A DNA stretch of 52,491 bases, the filler included, from Catajapyx aquilonaris (taxonomy: Eukaryota), in the NCBI GenBank assembly GCA_000934665.2. It is 3 parts of 3 records of this genome, joined end to end, with 100 filler letters (N's around TTAATTAATTAA, not from the genome) between each part and the next. Parts side by side here need not be neighbours in the genome. Positions count along the whole stretch, not along the records: positions 35,153 to 52,491 come from JYFJ02006973.1; 2 more parts are not named here. One strand, written 5' to 3'. Both the position numbers and the translations under genes were made by a program. Within the stretch, counting starts at the first letter, position 1. The number at the start of each line of letters is the position of its first letter. A model generated the notes under the pieces. That model was not told where the DNA came from. It saw only the letters and a program-made list of their open reading frames with translations, and did not search any database. Below are positions 49,501 through 52,491 of this stretch, piece by piece.

Positions 49501-51714
49501 ATTTTCAACTTCAAAAATAATTGAATTGTCAGTTACTGCGCAGGTAGAGGGAACTCCTCCTGGAGCACCAAGTGTCACCCCTCAGGCGAGCATAGGAAGC
49601 AGCTAATGCATGTGTGGCTGACAGACTTGATCTTCCCAAAGATTTTCAGTAGGGTGTTGTTTTGCAGCAACTGGCAAGACTCCTGGAGTTTTTCAGACAT
49701 GTCACATACTTGATAAGAGGGAACTTGCCAGAAGCACTGTTGGGATATGTTTAAATGAAAAAATAACAAGATGAATGTTAGGTTTTAAATGCTGAAGATT
49801 GTCATTATCCTTTTAAACTTATTGAAATGCTTCGCCTTTTAAGCCAACAGCTAGGGAATTGTTCATCATCTGTGACCCAAACTGCTATACCCAAGGTGCT
49901 AATTTTAAGTGCAGTCATACAATATCAAGATCCCAGCATATGTTTTTTGCGGCCCTCTCCTCTGATAAACAATGAATGAGGAAAAGTGGCCTGTCCAATT
50001 AAGAGTTAAATTTTGGTTTGCAGTAACACCAAAGTGTCAAGTATTATTTTAAACTCCATACAGAAATCTGATTTTTTTTTTCTCTTCCTTCCACAGCATT
50101 TTGAGTTCAGCTTGAGCTTCCCATTGAAAGTGTTTGAGATGATTATAACCCCAGATATGGAGTACCCCATGGTGTGTGTGAATGTGAGACGGGGGTATGA
50201 CAAAAATCATCTCAAGCTGGACCTCATCAACCTCAATTCAACTGCCAGCTGGTTCCATTCAGATGAGCTAGATGACATGGACGGTACTGGTGAGTGTAAC
50301 TTTTAAAAATCACTTGCTATTCCTTGTGCTGTCAAAGAAGAGATATATGACATGGATTATTTCAGCAACTGTGATACCGAGGCACGAGAACCTGAATATT
50401 GTCAATGTCACCCAGCTTGAAAAGGACACCATCCTGGTTTGTTATGACAGTGAGTTGATTTTTTTTTTTTAATTTTTTTGCAATTAATTGGTTGGGGGTT
50501 AGTGTGAGTGGCATGCATGAGTGATTCTGATGAGCTAATGGCATCAGCTATACAAGCCCAATTTTTTCGAAAATGGTTTCTTGAAATGTAGGAAAATTAT
50601 ATGGTTTGCCAAGTGGCACTGGCTAAGTCCACAAAGCCATGAAACTGTTTCTTTTTCTGTGGATTCCCATTATGTAATGGACATATCTGGCCAAAATTGG
50701 AATTGCTTCTAACACCTAAAAAACCAAGGCTCAATGGAATATAGTTCATAGGACCTATTTGTCATGTGCAGTGTTGGACATTAATTGAGGCATGCTGCTA
50801 GAACATTTTCCGAAGCGGCAGAAGAAGGAATCGAAGATAAGGATAGTGTAGCCGGGCGAGCAAGATTCCTTCTTCTGCCGGTTCGGAAAATGTCACTAGC
50901 AGCATGCCTCTATTAATGTGCAACACTGTACCTCATTTTCTCCATTACATTAGACCTGTTTCAAAGAAATTGGGCTCCATTCCGACATGAATGGGGTGAG
51001 TTTGAGTGGTGAGTTGATATGAGTTCATTTATGTTTATTTATTATTTGTTTACTTTTACCCCCTGCTCCTTACAATTTTGTGTGGTGGGAGGGGGTTTAT
51101 ATGTGTTGGTGGTTGTTAAGTGATGAAACTGCCTGCATTTACCACAACCAAGTGCATTAAATCATTTCAGACATGGTGAAAGTGGTCAACTTGCATGGGA
51201 AGCTGAAGTCCAGCAAGCGGCAAGCTGCTGAACTTGTGTTTGAATTTAATGTTGATTCAGTAGGTAAGGTCATACTGAAATGAAGCCTTCACGCGCAGCA
51301 CTAACTTATATTCTCTCAATTGTCAGTGTGCCTCACAGACAGTGTGCTGGCGTTTCATAAGCATGGGATGCAAGGCAGGAGCTTCAAGGTAACTCAGGAG
51401 GTGACTCAGGAGATTGTGGACCACAGTAGAGTCTTCAGGCTCCTAGGATCAGACAGGTAATAATTGACACCTTGCACTAACATGACTAGTATTTTACAAG
51501 TTAACAACTCAATTTTTCCCTTGGCTCCAGAGTGGTAACCGTTTCAAGTAGGCCTACAGAACGCAACTCGAGTGAAACTGGAGTTAACCTCTATGTACTA
51601 GCAGGCCATGAGAACAGCTATTGGTATCCTACTTTTTCTAATGCAGATGGCCTCCCTTGTTTTTCTCTCTTACTCCTGTTCAGCTTGTGCATGCTTTTCT
51701 TTGAGGGGGAATAG
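37503..51714 (+). CDS. MAP4K3: MAP4K3/MAP4K5-like (happyhour) Ste20/GCK-I kinase, partial: end of kinase domain, linker and CNH domain
   Basis: 16 GT-AG exons splice in frame; motifs [80 protein letters not shown]. Confidence 0.95.
37644..37751 (+). CDS. MAP4K3: MAP4K exon
   Basis: [36 protein letters not shown] |gtaagt. Confidence 0.93.
38081..38312. mobile_element. piggyBac-like MITE
   Basis: TTAA-CTCATTTGTTCC ... GGAACAAATGGG-TTAA. Confidence 0.65.
39494..39572 (+). CDS. MAP4K3: MAP4K exon
   Basis: [26 protein letters not shown] |gtgagt. Confidence 0.9.
39652..39761 (+). CDS. MAP4K3: MAP4K exon
   Basis: [37 protein letters not shown] |gtgagt. Confidence 0.9.
39819..39907 (+). CDS. MAP4K3: MAP4K exon
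   Basis: [29 protein letters not shown] |gtgagt; phase 2 matches the downstream exons. Confidence 0.82.
41797..42714. mobile_element. Tc4/Tc5-like MITE with 230-bp TIRs
   Basis: Arms 41797-42026 / 42485-42714 starting CAAGGGAAGG; TGA duplicated; empty site CTGAG. Confidence 0.88.
43129..43434 (+). CDS. MAP4K3: MAP4K putative alternative Pro-rich exon (cassette or alternative first exon)
   Basis: 306 nt open, phase 2-2, donor CAG|GTAAAA in frame with the [10 protein letters not shown] exon; weak acceptor. Confidence 0.6.
43929..43967 (+). CDS. MAP4K3: MAP4K 39-nt exon
   Basis: cctgcag| [12 protein letters not shown] |gtacag. Confidence 0.88.
44393..44446 (+). CDS. MAP4K3: MAP4K putative 54-nt cassette exon
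   Basis: T-rich acceptor, [17 protein letters not shown], donor GTAAGT, phase 2-2. Confidence 0.7.
44796..45912. mobile_element. Non-autonomous hAT (Charlie-like) element with nested insert
   Basis: TIRs CAGTGGTTCCCAA / TTGGGAACCACTG, subterminal GGAGCCC repeats; CATTAGTA on both flanks (left copy offset by 5 nt). Confidence 0.78.
46040..46296 (+). CDS. MAP4K3: MAP4K exon
   Basis: ttttgtag| [11 protein letters not shown]...[14 protein letters not shown] |gtgagt. Confidence 0.88.
46643..47029 (+). CDS. MAP4K3: MAP4K exon, start of CNH domain
   Basis: [10 protein letters not shown]...[28 protein letters not shown]...VLMSLS. Confidence 0.95.
47405..48186. mobile_element. pogo/Tigger-like MITE
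   Basis: TA-CAGTCGAATCCCTTTATAATGAA ... TTCGTTATAGAGGGATTTGACTG-TA; subterminal ATAACG repeats. Confidence 0.85.
48405..48673 (+). CDS. MAP4K3: MAP4K exon, CNH domain
   Basis: [10 protein letters not shown]...[14 protein letters not shown]...[15 protein letters not shown]. Confidence 0.95.
48868..49050. mobile_element. hAT MITE
   Basis: TIRs CAG..GTTCTTAACC / GGTTAAGAAC...CTG; perfect 8-bp TSD ACCTAGAA. Confidence 0.88.
50097..50289 (+). CDS. MAP4K3: MAP4K exon, CNH domain
   Basis: [28 protein letters not shown]...[10 protein letters not shown]. Confidence 0.95.
50366..50449 (+). CDS. MAP4K3: MAP4K exon, CNH domain
   Basis: [28 protein letters not shown]. Confidence 0.94.
50769..50928. 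mobile_element. 160-bp hairpin MITE
   Basis: ~63-bp inverted arms cagtgttg...gaaggaatc / gattccttc...caacactg-TA. Confidence 0.75.
51171..51263 (+). CDS. MAP4K3: MAP4K exon, CNH domain
   Basis: [31 protein letters not shown]. Confidence 0.94.
51327..51456 (+). CDS. MAP4K3: MAP4K exon, CNH domain
   Basis: [43 protein letters not shown]. Confidence 0.95.
51531..51714 (+). CDS. MAP4K3: MAP4K last recognisable coding exon (may end at a donor after 51623)
   Basis: VVTVSSRP...[12 protein letters not shown] then TG|GTATCCT; unspliced frame continues 30 codons to TAG at 51712-51714. Confidence 0.85.
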
Positions 51715-52491
51715 GGCAGGGAAAGTATAGGAATTAGATTCCCAGTGTTGCCATATAAGCTAGCAATTCTGGATTTAATGTGTACTGCATGTAGTGCATT
51801 GAACCTTTGAACATTTCTCAGTGTATTAATGTTTATGGCTCGGTACTATACAAGGGTTGGAAAAGAAGTCGTGGCTTATATTTTTCAATTCAAAAATCTG
51901 AACCTTGACAGGGATGAACTGTATATTGTTCTTTAGCTACATCCAACTTTTATCTGATGTGATGAAAAGTTGATGGAACGTAGCAAAGGATGTCATAGTA
52001 AAAGGTTGAGTCTAATGAAAGTGCGCCAGTTAACTTTAAGCAGGCACAGAGAGCAAATAAGTCAAGGAAAATTGTAGGGCTTCAGTAAAGAGTTCCTTTT
52101 CTTGTTTCCTGTTGTTCCTGTTAGCATCATGTTAAAATCCCATCAGGTGGAACTTGGGTTGAGCTACAAAAGAGCACACAGTTCATCACTATAACCTCCT
52201 GAGACCTGGTGTCGACATATGTGGACATCAGCAAAAGATTTTTTTGGCGCCAACCAGTGATGCCAACAGAACTGTAATAGGCTGGTATCCCATGGTTACA
52301 ATCTGGCCTCAATAGCTGTAGCCACCTAGCGTCGAATATCTGGCTTGGGCCGCGAAAATTAAATCGCGGACAAAATGGCGGATTCCGCTGCTGCAGCTTA
52401 GGCGCTCATCTGATAAGTTTTATTTTTTTACTCATATTTAGAATGCGATTTTCGCAATGCAGTGAATGTCCTGGGATTCGCAAGGAATGTG

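Overview
Eukaryotic, very probably arthropod, draft-genome DNA: intron-rich, dense in small transposons, with three assembly gaps. Two genes can be reconstructed with good support. (1) The 3' part of a MAP4K3/happyhour-type Ste20 kinase on the + strand, 37503-~51714, 16 exons from kinase subdomain XI through the CNH domain; I could not find its N-terminal kinase exons in the window. (2) A complete 6-exon, 385-aa gene on the - strand (25622-20655) encoding an uncharacterised type II membrane protein with a PPxY motif, a His/Pro-rich region and tandem furin-type sites before a terminal CSCDCSC. A third, + strand gene with a signal-peptide exon (4671-4779) is only partly traceable. The rest is non-autonomous DNA transposons (Tc1/mariner, Tc4/Tc5-like with CTNAG targets, pogo/Tigger, hAT, piggyBac, Helitron-like), tRNA-derived SINEs, a tRNA-like 73-mer and microsatellites. 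No CRISPR, rRNA or prokaryotic system is seen. Exons were spliced by eye and family assignments are from recall, not database searches.
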